64,000 nt of DNA from contig OX597819.1 of the NCBI GenBank assembly GCA_951406725.2, forward strand, positions 26,412,001 to 26,476,000. Reading direction: 5' to 3'. Numbering within the stretch: the first letter of the stretch is position 1; every line of letters begins with the position of its first letter. The notes below the pieces were generated by a model, which saw only the letters and a list, made by a program, of their open reading frames with translations, did no database searches and was not told the DNA's origin. Of the stretch, positions 13,641 through 29,063 are shown piece after piece. Position numbers and translations under genes: made by a program. The DNA comes from Octopus vulgaris. Taxonomy: Eukaryota.

Positions 13641-15838
13641 TGCATAACTCATTTTCACTAAAGGATCAAGATCTTTTAAAGTAACCGCATTTGTGAATAG
13701 ATAGACTCAACGCAAATATAATTTAAAACATGTTATAGCATATCTATTTTTCTGTCTACCAATCAATTTTAAATGTGCACCCTCCACAACACACACAGAC
13801 ACGTACATAGGCTTTTACACACAAATGAATATGCGTGTGTGTATTATTCAAAAATTTGGTACCCATATTATCGGTGCCTTTTCATCGAAAATTTAAGTTA
13901 TAGCGGAGAGCACAAAAAATATTGATTGTCAGCTGAATATCAGAGGCAAACATTAAGTTGCACAAACGCTCGTAATCACACCTGCTTACAAATGTAAGTG
14001 TAAATTTGTTATTGTATCTGGCCGTCAGCATTTGACAACCGGTGTCGGTTTTTTACATCTCTATAAATCTGAAGTTCCACATTAAGAACCTGGCTAAGGA
14101 ATACCAGTGAATATATCGACTAAACACTTGAAGGCGATGACCCAACATCCGTAAACTTGGACCTGTAACAGAATACTCTTCCTTAAAGTGATGCACAGTG
14201 GAACTGAATTCCAGGCTGATTTCTAAAACGAAGTCCTTAACCATAAACCTATACTTATGTATGTTCCAAATTTCAAGGCACGTTTTTGCGCGTAAATAGT
14301 TGAAATTTTGTCTCGGCGTGTGATATTTTCTGAGAGCTTAAAAAGTTTATATTTTGTAATAATGAAAAATACATATCTACTTCAAAACGAAATTATGTTT
14401 GTAATACATTGAAGGAAAAATGAAAATGTTTGTGTTTAAGTGGTGGGAGTGGATATAAAAATATTAGAACCATTCGTATTATTTATTCACTGCCCATTCT
14501 TGTATGTGTGTAAGTATATAAAAATATGTACAATTGTTTTTGTAACGATGAATGTGTATTTTTCTATACAAGAAAATTAATTTTGTTGGACGTCCGAATA
14601 ATCTTATTTAAACACAATTGATCATAAAAGAAAAGCAGTAGTCTTTTAGAATAAGAACTATTCAATTCGTTTTATTCCGCTTTTGTTTGTATAACAATCA
14701 TATATGCAGTGTTCTATGGAAATATTTTTGCTTCTTTAAAACATTTATGCATGTATGAAATTATACAGATATACGTCTGATTAGGTAGATGGCTAAAACA
14801 CAATTACTTCCAGTTGTATTCTGCATAGACATTCAGTTTATATGCCGTCCGTGTTTTTTTTTGTTTTTCGTGATTTTGAGTAAAAACTAACTGATAACGA
14901 TAATTTTTATGTCTATACGCTGCTATATGTTTTTTTTTTTATTTTGTTTTTGCAATTTTAAAATATGAATTTTCAACTACAACTCCTGTTGCATATCATT
15001 AAATTAGAACTTTACAAGTGGTATATATTTTTACAAGTGGTTCTGAAATAAAAACTCACATATACATTGGTCTCATTTTTTACTTATTTTAATATACAAT
15101 ATTTTGGATTTATTTGTAGCACATTAGCGATTGAGAAGATACTCAATATTAGGATTAAGACTTAATTTATGGAGATACAGTATATGGTTAAGGGTAGCGT
15201 TTAGGATTATGGATAGGATTTAGGGTTAATGTTTAAGGTAAGAGTTAAACAGAGATATGAAATAAAATATTATTTGTGCAAGCATTTTGCAGGATCATGA
15301 GATCTTGTAGTTACAACGGAGAAAATAGAAGAAATATTCATTAAAAATTAAAATAGAATAAGTGAGTGGCTTGGAAGGACTTTACCTTGCACATCTGGAA
15401 AATGTTGTGCAACGTTTCATAGTTCATGGTAAACTTGCAGAAATCAGCACAATTTCGTTAGAATCTGTGAAAGGGACAACTTGTATCAGCTCAGGTTGGA
15501 TTTTTTCGTTAAGAACGGCAAATGTACAGTTTTAATGTAGGATATTTGTTTTGAATATAGGCTGTGTAGTAGTTTTCTGTTATAACCCGGGACTGAGCAA
15601 AGGGTTGTGAATGGATTTGAACCTAACACGGGAAGAAGGCCGTCGTGTGTGGTGTGGTGTATGTTTGTTCTACAGCAACACCCGACCGCCTGTGTTGGCT
15701 TGTTAACGTCTCCATTATTCTGAAGGTCAACAAAAGTGTTCGTCCAATAGCTAAATTCCCTGAGTAAAATAATATATATATGCATATAATGGCGGTGCTC
15801 CAGCATGGCCGCAATCACGTGACTGAAACAAAAGAATA

Positions 15839-15869
<31 letters not shown>

Positions 15870-16933
15870 ATGACATATATATATGCATATATCTAATAAC
15901 AATGGTGTTAAGGATAGTCTGAGGAAACATACCTTGTCTATTTATAAACAGAAAAAGGGAAAATCTTCAAATTTCCAATAAAATGAAAATACAAAATATT
16001 TACGTGATTATATTTAATAATTTGTCTAACACTCTCTGGAAGCATCCAATTTCTTTTATGTACAGAAAACTAAGCTGGTATGAATGTTGCAGCGTGTGAC
16101 GCCAATGAAATATTGTGAGGCTATTTCTGCGACATTTCATGGTCAAATATGATAGGGTTGTCCAGGAACGTGTCCAATCGTCTCTGATCATAGGAACGTG
16201 TCCAGTCGCCCCTTCATCTGACATCAAATTAAACACATTACACACACAACACGAGCGCGTCACTTGACATCACTGATAGTTGACATTAAATTGTCATGTA
16301 TCTCACGTTAGTCAATATGCGCCAAAATATCACAGCCGTCAGAGCAACATACTTTAGACTTCTTCCTTATATTAGTGGCACAAGATTCCACAAGCGCAAA
16401 ACAAATTTATGAATATAATGACGTAATTGCTATATTTCCTTATATCCCCTCGAAAATTGTGTAGACTTTTTCGGTTTGCATCCAAATAAGCTGAAGTACA
16501 TTTCTTCCTGAATATCAATATTGTTATTACTCATATATTGTTTTGTACAGTAACAACGATATTTTAATCCTAATAATACGTGTTTACATAATGTCGGAAT
16601 GACCAGCTTACTTCCAAAGCCAGAATACAACAACACTATGACCTCGGAGAAATTTCTTTCGGAAATATCTAAGATGATATTGTTTATCACAAAACAAAAT
16701 ACAATATCCGGTAATATATTTATATATGGTTGGGTAAAATCACCCGATAGTAAATCAAAATTCAATAAATAATATCTGTAATTTTGTATTGATTCGTAAG
16801 GGAAAATGTGTCTCTCAAGAAGGACAATTTTCCTGATGTTTCACATTTAGATTATTTTATTAAATTCATTCAGTTGTTAAACATAATTAAATCTTGGAAT
16901 TAAATAGCTCTGGTTTACTGTTAGGTTTGGCCA

Positions 16934-16980
<47 letters not shown>

Positions 16981-16983
<3 letters not shown>

Positions 16984-17280
16984 ACTCTCCGGTGGAAAAT
17001 AACATATGAGCGTTCAGCTTTTGCCGAGGGACGTGCACAAAGGATTTGTTTGAAAAGATCAACTGTTCATGGTATACATTCCATCATTCTCTCCATTAAA
17101 TTGACGTTGTTTGAACATGAGCAGGGTATATCACGCGTTAAGTGTCGAAGTGATCGCAGAGCAACGTGAGATGAAGTGTCTTGCTCAAGAAAACAACGCA
17201 TCATTCGGTGCAGGGATTTAAATCACGTTCACTAGATCATGAGTGCAACATCCTAATCACTAAGCCATACGTGCATCCAG
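16981..17280 (-). mobile_element. tRNA-derived SINE, family D head with a different tail, in (TA)n
   Basis: Head TGGCTTAGTGATTAGG...TTGAGCAAGACACTTCATCTCACGTTGCTC matches 49719-49978; the 3' part differs. Confidence 0.7.
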
Positions 17281-17285
17281 CCCAC

Positions 17286-17334
<49 letters not shown>

Positions 17335-17337
<3 letters not shown>

Positions 17338-17908
17338 CCTTTCTGCTATAGGCACAAGGGCAGGATTTTGTGGGGAGGGTGGCAGTCGATTATATCGACT
17401 GTAGTACTCAACTGGTACTTAATTTATTGATTTCCGAAAGGATGAAATGTAAATCGAACTCGGCAGAGTTTGAACACAGAACGTAACGGAAGAACAAATA
17501 ACGCTAAGTATTTCGCCCAACGTGATAACGATTCTGTCTGCTCGCCACTTTTGGAGGGGGGACCAGTCGATTACAGCGACCCCCAGTGCGTATCTGATAC
17601 TCAATTTATCGACCCCGAAAGGCAAAGTCGACCCTGGTGACGTTTGAACACAGAACGTGATGTCGGACGAACTACATATTTCTTTACTACCCACAAGGAG
17701 CTAAACACAGAGAGGAAAAACAAGGACACACAAACGGATTAAATCGATTATATCGACCCCACTGCGTAACTGGTACTTATTTAATCGACCCCGAAAGGAT
17801 GAAAAGCAAAGTCGACCTCGGCGAAATTTAAACTCAAAACATAGCGGCAGACGAAGTACCGCTAAGGATTTCGCCGGCATGCTAACGATTCTGCCTGCTC
17901 ACCGCCTT
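17335..17908 (-). mobile_element. Head-to-tail cluster of three SINE-A-type units
   Basis: Three repeats of the core. The junction at ~17675 joins the GAAATA tail to a headless unit. Confidence 0.85.
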
Positions 17909-17915
17909 CTTATAT

Positions 17916-18660
<745 letters not shown>

Positions 18661-18804
18661 AGGTTATAAATATAGCGAAAACACAAGGCACAAAAAGAAT
18701 CCTTGAAAAGTTTCATGCACAATGTACCCAAGACTGATTTGAACTCTCTTATTTTCCTCTTCTTTTGATATCAGTTGATTCATATTTTTTATAAAATAAT
18801 CTTG

Positions 18805-19110
18805 TATTTGTTTCACTCAATAGACTGTGACCATGCTGGGACACCGCCTTGAAGGACTTTTAGTCGAATGAATCGACCCCCAGTACTTTATTTTTAAGCT
18901 GGGTACTTAAATCGTTCGCTTTTGCCGAAACGCTAAACACACCAACTCCGGTGGTTAAGCGGTAATGGGAGAGAAGCACACACACACACTCACACGATGA
19001 GCTTCTGTCAATTTCCGTCTATAAGATCCGCACACAAATCTTTGGTCGGTCCGAAGCTAAGGTGCCACACAATGGAAATAAACCCGGAACTGTGTTTGGG
19101 AAGCAAATTT
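18805..19110 (-). mobile_element. Degenerate SINE family B copy
   Basis: GACTGTGACCATGCTGGGACACCGCC and the CCGTCTA...GGTGCCAC segments match family B. Confidence 0.75.
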
Positions 19111-19179
19111 TTTAAATATATTTTATTTTTCATGCATTCAAATGATTACCGAATGGGATCTCTCTGATAACAATATACA

Positions 19180-20150
19180 CGATTTGCTGCTGGTGTATTC
19201 TGGTACGTTTTATAATTAATTTCCAGACAGGCATTATATATTTTGTTGCAATCCAGGAATTTTGTACACAAAACTAGGTCTATATATTAATACTCCAAAT
19301 TTCCATTTGTAGGTATTTTTATTCTGGTTTTGTGACGATATAGTGACCCGCATTTATAAATTGACATGTACCAAATAGTAGCATTCCACTAAAATACTGT
19401 TAAAATGTTTTTACCACTACCGTGTGTTTTGTTGTTGTTTGCCTTAAACAAGCATCGCATTCGTAATTAAAGTCTTTAATTTATAACATTAGCTGATAAT
19501 ACTTAAAAGTTAATTTGGCGATATTAAACAGGATTTTGTAACTTATGGTACACTACAGAGGACACTAACTATAGGACATTTGTTAATCATTCTTTGGTTA
19601 CTCGGTGTTGCAGGACAGCTAATCGTTTGGCACGATGTTGAGGATTCTTGTATTAGTACAGTTGGCTATTTTCATTTCTTTTAAAATCCTTTCAGCTTTG
19701 TCAGTCTTACCTCTTTGCTTCTCACATCATCAACACTAAAACTTTTCTGGCTTGACGTTGACGAATTCTATGTATTTTGGGGTGGCAAGATTTAAAGCTC
19801 TGATACATATGTGTGTCTTATATCTCTTGTCATAATATTTTTTACATCCATTATATCGGTAAATAGTAATTTTATAGATTTTTTCCCTACTGTAAATGTA
19901 TGGTTTTGGTGGAAGTTGTTGAAAATGACAATGGGTTCTTCTAAAGTCTCTACAGTTATCAGGAAACTTTTCCGCGAACTTTTTCTGTACATTCTAAAAT
20001 TTACTATATTCTATTATAGATTTTGTTCCAAATATCGTATAATGAAACCCACCAAATATCGCCCTAAATTTTGCTAACATTTTGATTTACCAATATATAA
20101 CTACAATTATTATATAAACATTTATGTGACAATAGGTACTTATGAAAAGG
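19180..20150 (-). pseudogene. Decayed Penelope-like retroelement ORF (RT C-terminus, Cys linker, GIY-YIG start; Neptune-like)
   Basis: Minus-strand IFNNFHQNHTFTV.KKSIKLLFTDI (cf. LNxLHPxIKFTxE..LPFLDI), then FKSCHPK, then FGTCQFINAG and DCNKIY, in the order expected for PLE RT-linker-endonuclease. Many stops and frameshifts. Confidence 0.65.
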
Positions 20151-22256
20151 CAAAGGAAGATTGAACATTGAATTGTGAATATCAGGTTATGTTATACATT
20201 GATTGACTGTTATGTTTATATGTATACATGTGTGCAGATAGTTGCCTATATATATATGTTGCAATCTTCGTTTGTATTTGAGCAATCAGGGCTATATGAT
20301 TCAGTTTTTGAATGATATAAGAGCACTCGCATTCCCCCATTTTTAGAGAACATTGCATTCCCCATGGTCAAGTGTATCTACGCAGTGTTTGCTGCCATGA
20401 ACACGTCACTGATTATCTTGACTGTGTTTCTTTCGATCTGAGATGTAAACATTTCTTCGTTGTCATCTCGATTCTAGCACTTCCTTCTCCTGAACATCGT
20501 TTGCATGTAAGCAATAACATTTAAAAATACGGAAGAATTTACAAAATAGTCTACACTATTTTACCATCGAGAAGACTCATGCAAAATGACAAATAACACT
20601 AACTAGTAATGCTGATATACTTACTAATTTTAAACAATTTTCAAACAGAATTACTTTTTAAAATAGGCACAAATCACGTGGTATATAGGTTACTAATAAT
20701 GATGCATATCCGTCATCCAGCGCTGGCTATTCTGTTATAAGAACAACTGAATCAACGTGTACGTGGTTGAGCATTTCACAGTCACGTATACCTTCACATA
20801 ATTTTAGTTAGAATGTGTGTGGCAAGGTTGACATTGTTACAATACATATGCCGAGCTTCCAAACAGTTTTCGTTCTCCCAGTTTCCATCAAGTCTACGGA
20901 TAGACCCGAGGCTAAATGTTTAGAAAATGGCACTTGCACTCTATATAACGCAGTGGGATAGGACATGAGATCTCGTTGTTGCGACGCAAAATTCTTAACC
21001 TTTCAATTATACTGCGTTTACATTGATTTCTAATAAACAAATATACTGGTAAGAGACCTAAATTATATATACGAGTTACAAACACGAATTCGAAGATCTC
21101 ACCCCCAAACAGTATCAATAAGTGTTGACTCTACTACAGAATAAAGAGTCATTTTCACCATTTTTCTGCTGGCAGCAAATTTCTCCTCGAGATGTCACCA
21201 AAATATTTCTCAGGTGGTGTGTACTTATGTCAAAAGCTACGCCACATTTCACATTACTTAGAAAATCCACGGCTGGCCACACTGAACGAGTGTCTTCTAC
21301 AATTAAGAGAGTGATTGGCAGAAAATTTTAAAATTTCAGTAAATAATAGTTATTATTTATAGTCTAATTTCTATCAGTTGTCTGATAGGTGATTGGGTCC
21401 GGTCACGGAAAAATGGGTTTAATGCCTGTTCACCAAACGTCATAGCGTGATCTTTAACTACTGTCGTTCGCCAGTTGAGCGCCAAGGTTTCACCCCTTTT
21501 GCACTCTCAATTCAGCGCAGTCTTCCGTAACCGAAGTCTTCGTGTGCCGAGCTCATATTGTCTCTTTTCGCGCTTGATGTTTACGCCATTACACATCTCC
21601 GTGATGATACACTACTAACGTCCCATCTCGCGAGTTTCAATCTCGACAATATATCGAATACTCTCGCACACATGAATCGCTATAGGACGATAATTTAAGA
21701 TGGTGCATCAGTAACGTTTCGCACCATTTCGGTTGACTAGTAATCAAATGTCACTGTCGAGTAATTGAGTGGTGCAACGAGACCTCACCTCTGCTGGTGC
21801 CAAAGGTGCGAGCACACATGCACACAGTGACACGCCCTCAGGGATAGGGATAGGGATACGCCTCTCTCTCTCTCCACATATTAAACCCCTGCGTAAATAT
21901 TTCGTTTTATTGTAGTAAATTTACGTTACATCCACCACCTGTGGATTTTGAACCCTACATTGGTTGTAACTTGGATTGTCTGTCTTTCACAGTTTCCCTT
22001 TTCCTCTTCTTATGTTGCATCACCCTCTCTGTTTCTCTGTCTACCTATTTATCTATCTCTTCCCATGTCACCGTATTACTCTCCATCATTTTCTCTCTCT
22101 CTCCTCCCATTTGTCGATATGTTCGTCTTTGTGTGTAGTTTGTGTTTGTATGTTTGTCTGTCAGTCTTTATACACGTTTCTCTAAACGTTTCTATTAATC
22201 CCTAAATTTAATCCATTCTTTTTCTATTATTATCCTTCCACTCTATCTATCTATCA

Positions 22257-22287
<31 letters not shown>

Positions 22288-22865
22288 AGTTGTTCCTATC
22301 CTACTTTTTCCCGCTCTTTCTATTGTTATTCCCTCTCTCTCATCTTCTATCTAACTCACTCTATCTCTCTCATTTACCTCTCCTATTCTTCCCGCCAGTC
22401 CCTCACTCTATTCTTCACTAGTCTCCTCCTTTAATCTCAACATTCTTCTGTCTTCTCCTCGTTCAACTTCTCCTTCTCTCACTTTTTTACTCTTCTCTCC
22501 ATTCCTTCTGTAATTCACTTTCCACCTTCTTAGCCACACAGCTGTTTCTCTCACCTTATCATATTTCTATACACCATGCATTCTGTCATCTTTCATTTGA
22601 TTATCCACCGCTATTTTTTTCCTTCAGCCATCTGTTTCACCTCTTCATTTCGTCCTGTCGTTATTTCTTTTCGTCCTTCCTTCTGTATTGCTTTCTCTAT
22701 CTATCCATCTATCACTCATTCTACCTCCACCTTCATACTACTATTGACTGTACTTTTACTACTAATACAGCTTCTACTGTTGCTTATACTACTACTATCA
22801 CTACCATTACTACTACACCTCTACATTATTCTTGGTTATCTATCGACTCTTTCAAACACTCTTAT

Positions 22866-22901
<36 letters not shown>

Positions 22902-23424
22902 GTCTTCTATGATACCGCCTCCTATTTTTTTAAAATCTACTATTGACTCTCACTCCATATTAGAGACAGATAGACACATATACGGACTGAGTGAGAGAAG
23001 TATAGAAATAAACGTAGAGGTGAAGAAGAAATATAGGGATAATGGAAGAGAGAGGGGGAACAAAATAAAGGTAGAAAGAAAAAGAAGAAAGCTAGAGGTA
23101 GAGAGACATACGGAGAGAAACAGTGACAGATACACAAAGAAATGAGAGAGAGAGAGCGAGAAAGCGAACGGCGTGCGCATCTACAAGCATAACAACCAAC
23201 CAACCAATAGTGTATGTGTCTGATGTCCGTAAACTAAGCGCTAACGACAAACATAGCTTCGCTTACAGTTTTCATAACAAACTGCTAGAAATAACAGAAG
23301 GCAAGAAATAATACAAAGCTCAGAAAGCATAACAAAAAAACAAAACAAACTTACATAACAAATATCACGAAAGGAAAACATTCAACGAGCAAGAGCAGAC
23401 CAATACATACGACATCAAAGTGTG

Positions 23425-23462
<38 letters not shown>

Positions 23463-24149
23463 TTTATAATATTCTATATATTTAAAGAATTGAAAGCAAA
23501 GAAGTGTGGCGATACAGTTTCTAAAATAAGGCGTCCGCATGCAAAGTCAAAGAGAAATATATTTTTTTAAAACATTTTATTATTATTATATAATTATATA
23601 ACGATAAAAACCGACGCAAGTAAAGCATGGGCGGATATATATGTACACACTTGTTAATACTACAAACAATAATATAGAAGAAAATTGACAACAACAGCAA
23701 TAATAATTAATACTTATAATAATAATAACAATAATAATAATTATTATATTTTTCAACTATTTGTTAAGTTCATAAATAAAAAAAAAACTATACTTATAAT
23801 TAAAGGTGTTTAATTTTTAGTACCAGTAGTAGTGGTGGTGGTCATAGTAGTATCATCATCATCACCCTTATTATCTTTATTAAACCATTAAGCTCATTTT
23901 AAACGAATTGGTCGGATAAACATCAAAGAGATCCATATTTATTTTTCTGCCTTCCTTTTGCTACTGTTGTTTCATTATTACCTGCAACTGTTATTGTCTT
24001 CGTCGTTAGTCGTAGTAGCAGAATTAGTATTACTAACATTGTTATTGTTGTTGTTTGTATTATTATTATCATTATTATTACTATTATTACTATCATTATT
24101 ATTATTGTTGTTGTTCCCCAAGACATGGCAAATGCCTTCGTGACATCTT

Positions 24150-24263
24150 ATGGCAAACATGTTTAACCCTTACAGAGTACAGGAATCCGATGGTAATTTC
24201 TTTGAGAGCTTTACAGCGTTGTCATGGAGACAAGAAAACAAACGTCTACGTGCTACATCAGAG
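24150..24263 (+). CDS. Probable N-terminal coding exon of a BAIAP3/Munc13-4-like (unc-13 family) gene
   Basis: MANMFNPYRVQESDGNFFESFTALSWRQENKRLRATSE ends at GAG|GTGAGT (phase 0 donor) in non-repetitive sequence. The RVQExDG.FFESFTALSWxQEN motif is recalled from invertebrate Munc13-4/BAIAP3 N-termini (memory, not a search). An alternative acceptor TTTAACCCTTACAG| at 24175 would give an 88-nt internal exon. Confidence 0.65.
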
Positions 24264-27200
24264 GTGAGTCGATCAAGCTTATCTGTAGAGAAAAAAAATA
24301 GACAAGAAACAAGAAATAAAATAAAACAAAGCAAACTTTTTCAAAAAATTACTAACAATATTGATTTAATTGATATAATTTTCTTTTATTAAATTTTGCT
24401 TGCTTTTATTTTTGAATTGTTATTTTATTTTATTTTTTTGCAGTATTATAATTTTTAATGTAATAAATTTGTACCTAAATATTATATTCGTAAACAATTT
24501 AATTGCTAACTCTGTAAAAGCGCATTGGCTGGTGAAGCAGTAGCACCTCCTGTTAGATTTACGTTTAGTTTCTTCGGAGTTCAAATCTTGTGCCAGCAAT
24601 TTCTTTTTCTTTTTTTTTTTTTTTTTGTTTGTTCAGTATTATATGTCTTTGGGTTATATCTTTCAAACTGCTAGCAATATTCCAAATTGATTTCTATCGT
24701 TTCAACAGATACCGTCCCTAACTTTTAATTAAAGAAAAACAAACAAATCACATGAATAATTATTACATACTAAGTTATAATCGATTGATAAATAAAAGTG
24801 TAAGCTAGAATCCGAGTTAACAAAATAGTTTTCCATTCCTACTTGGAACCAATTTTGTTTATGTTCGCAACCGGGGAAGTATAAATATCACACGTCAACT
24901 TCTTTACTTTTTATTTTATCTTTTAGGATATGCATATATTAGCGACAAGTACTGTATAATAACCGTTATATAGCTAAGACCCTGAGGCAAAAGGAACGCC
25001 TGACTGTCAGCGCTTTTCATTTTCACTATTTTTTCTTGAATATTATACAAAAGAAATATTTGCCCCAGCATGGCCGCGGCCTTCGGGCTAAAACATATTT
25101 AAGGATTATAGAACTATAGCATATTTAAATAACAAAAAGAAAACCTAAAAGCCACACGTCCTCTCTCTCTCTCCTGTATATATATATATAATTTTTTTTG
25201 AAATAAGATATTACGGTTGAAATACTATCGCTTGTTTGGGTATTGAAACTTTGATACTACATTTAAATTACATTCAAGTCTATCAGAATTTTGTTTTCAT
25301 CGTTACATATAATGCCAAGCATGTTTAGTTATTATGTTGTATATTTATAAAGCCGTAATGCATAGTTGTCAACATTTGTATAGTGTTGTGGTTTGTTTAC
25401 GCGTGATTTCCCATTATTGAAGTCAGTCCACATGTGCTTACATCAGTAGCTTCTTTTATATCCATATATCGATAGCTAAGCAACTTATATTGTATAGCAC
25501 TGTAACAGTCATATTACATTTAAACATAGTATACCTGGATGTTAAATACTATCGATGAGAGAACCTTTTATTAAATAGTTCAACTGCTAGACATAACAAC
25601 CAAATGTTCAGAAACCTCTCTCAGCTAACTATATACCAACTTGTGAACAGAAAGGATACGTTCGATAACATAGCATTGCATATTGCTAAAAATGAAGACA
25701 GAATGGTTATGGCTGCAATGCTTTTGTTATTTAACCCTAGGTCGATGTGTTCGATGAAGGGTGACCAGGGTCTAAACAACAAATGATGATATATTTCGTC
25801 TGCCTCACCCACAATACAATCTTATGTCATTCTATTAACATGACACGCCGCACATGTTTACACATAGTTATGTAACATGAACTTAACACATGGTTATACA
25901 CCGCGCACATGCTAATCTCCATACAAAGGCAAATTGCACACGTTCTTATTTCATTATTTCTCTCTTTTGTTTGTGCACCCAAAACATGTTATACATTCGA
26001 AACCTCCTCATATCTCGTAAGCAACATGAATTTCCATTTCGAATGGTCCTCTCCAAAGTGCAGGCTTGGACGAAGACTTTCATTGATGAACAGTAGCTGC
26101 TGCTTATACATGTACACCTCCTGTCTAAAAACAACCGTTGTCATCCAAGGGACATACAGCTTGAAACAAGTGTCATTCCAGGCGTTCCGTAGAAAGCAAA
26201 GTGCTGGAACTGATACCGTAAACTATATCGTCCGGAGCTCTGAGAGTTCAGTTTGTCTTTCTTTCTCACTTCCGAGAGGATGAAAGGCAAAGTTAACGCG
26301 GGCATTATTTAAACGCATACAGCCGAAACAAATAATGCCATGTATTCTATCTTTCGCTCAAATGACTTTGACAGTTCCTTTTACACACTCAGATGCATAC
26401 AAATGGTACAGTCTGTAAACGTAGCAGGAAGGTAGTGTTCAATACATACTATAGAGTAAAGGTGAGGAACTTTTTTTATGCTGGAAAGTCAAACTGAAGT
26501 TGTCATCTAACAAGACCGCATCTCAAACGCATTTTACACCGCTGAACACAATATTGAATAAAATATAACTATTCCCACAGCATAATTTTTTTTTAATGTA
26601 GATTCGGAATAACTTACCCCAATGTACATTTTTTGTTAATGCACTTTTCATTTTCGGAAATTTCTCGGGATTTCTAAGTTTAAACACAATTGTAATTAGT
26701 TTAAAAGTAATTACAATTGAAGATAAAAGTCTATAATATTCTCAGTGAGTAGAAACGAGAGGTCTTAAAATAAAATTACCAAACGTAAATTCCTGGAGAC
26801 TAGAGAATGATTTTCATTCGACTTTTGTACTTCTTTTGCAAGTTCACATTTAGTACCTCAAACTATCAAGTGGTACTTGCGGCCTTAAGGCACCGACTTC
26901 TCTGCGCCTGGTGTAAAGTTTATTCATATATCTATTGTTACAGTACAGTTCATATATATATATATATATATATAAAACGAGAATGATACACAGGGAGGAA
27001 GAAAATATAATTTTGTCAACTGAAATTATATTTATTCCATTTATTTCTATTTGAATTAGCAAGTCGTACTCTAAAGAACCTACTGTTATTTTTATATTTT
27101 AAGTTTTATTAACCTTGTTACCTTAACAGCTCGATTTAGCAACTCTGCAAAACACTATGAGTTCAGTCGACGATAGGGGTTTTAATTCAGGGTACTCTCG

Positions 27201-28982
27201 CATTCCACGTTTTATGCTTTATGAATTCATTCGTGAACACTAATATACGTACATTTATGAAGTCTTAATTCAGAGCATTTATTCCTGACCTTTCCATTGT
27301 TTTGGTTTTGTTTTTTGTACGCAACAATTTAGAACATACGAAGAATACCTTGCTGTAGATTGTGCATAAAGTATTTAAAAAGCCTATAGAAGCCGCTATT
27401 TATTTTAGACTTTTAAACATAAATACTTTAACATATACGATATCATTTCATTTAGTAACTCAAACTATCAAGGTTTTATAGTTTTAATGTCAATTTCATT
27501 TTCTTCAGTTTCATAAGAATATATATTTTATATACTTTTGTGGAGGAAAAAGATTCAAACCCCAGTACACCAACCACTGTGCCATAGTGTCGTTTGATAA
27601 CAACTGCCTTAAACTCTGAGGCACTATCACATTAATCAGCTGTCTCTTCCTCTTTAAATTTCCACCACCACCACACATATCTTTTCGTTTCTCTCAATAG
27701 TTGCGGCTCTTCGTGGAGAACATCCGCACTTTTGGGCTCACATAAACATAAATATTATCAATGATAATAATACGTCTGTTCGCTCTCCCTCTTTCTCTCT
27801 CTCTCTCTCTCTTTCTCTCCTTCTCTTGTCAAATAGAAACATTCATTAAAAGAAAAGTAAAAAAGAAAAATCCAAAGCGACATTTATGCAGTCATTTGAT
27901 CCGCTAGAAATAGCAGCTATGTTTTCACAGAAATACGCACAACCGTTATAAAAAAAATTCAAGTGATCACCTGCAAGCATCCTCGTCAGCTGGTTTCACT
28001 ATCAATACCTCCTGTTTTTCAATATGAAAAAAATTACCCTCACGAGCAAACTAAGGGGACTTTTACACTGTTACTATTTCATTTGGTATGTAAATATATA
28101 TAGTCAAATAGTCAAATATCCTTCCAAACACTTGCTAGTGAATGAGACTCAAACGACACAGTATATATTGCACACATACATGCTTTGATAAAGTCAGGAA
28201 GGTCATGGATACAAAATCTATGATCATAGGTCTGTTTACCCCGAGCTGATGTGGGGGTCTAACCAATAGAAAGTACTTCATCAAAAATAAGCACGATGCA
28301 ACTTATTCTAAATATTCAACTATTTCATTTTACGTGATAAACTACAGAGGTTTAATTACTATTAACTGGTGGAGGCTTTTAAGTTAACTTTTACTTGCTA
28401 CCAATTATTCAGAACGAGAAGGGCATCACCTATGAAGTACCTTTTACATACCTTCAGAATTCGTGGACAGAATAGGCGAGAAGTTATGTGAATTACTTGC
28501 AATAGAGCTACACACCCCTTCCTCCAAACCGTGCACTGGTGCAAAACCTGGCAACGGATGTCCTTAATTATCAAATAACAGGAAGCGCTCTACTTAACCA
28601 CAGATCTTGCTAGAAATAGCATCCAGTTCTTCATTGTTTTCAAATAGAGAAAGAATGGTTATTTTGTTTCAAGTATTTTTCATAGAGTATAATATTGCTG
28701 GCTGCATTTTGTTTTATGTACACTCGTTTGGTGAAAATGTCCACTTCAAATGAGGTCCCTTGTTGTATTTGTTCTGCTCCGTGGTGCTGATACTTCGTTG
28801 TCGCTCTCACTGTCAAAATGCAGAGTGAATCAGTGGTTGGCCCGTTGGAAATATGTAACTAACGACAATGTTTTCCAGAAACTGCGGTAACATATAATTA
28901 AATATCAAAACTAATAAATAAATAGCAAAAATAGCAATTACGACTTCATTCATACAGCTCACATTAATTTGTATTCAAATAT

Positions 28983-29063
<81 letters not shown>

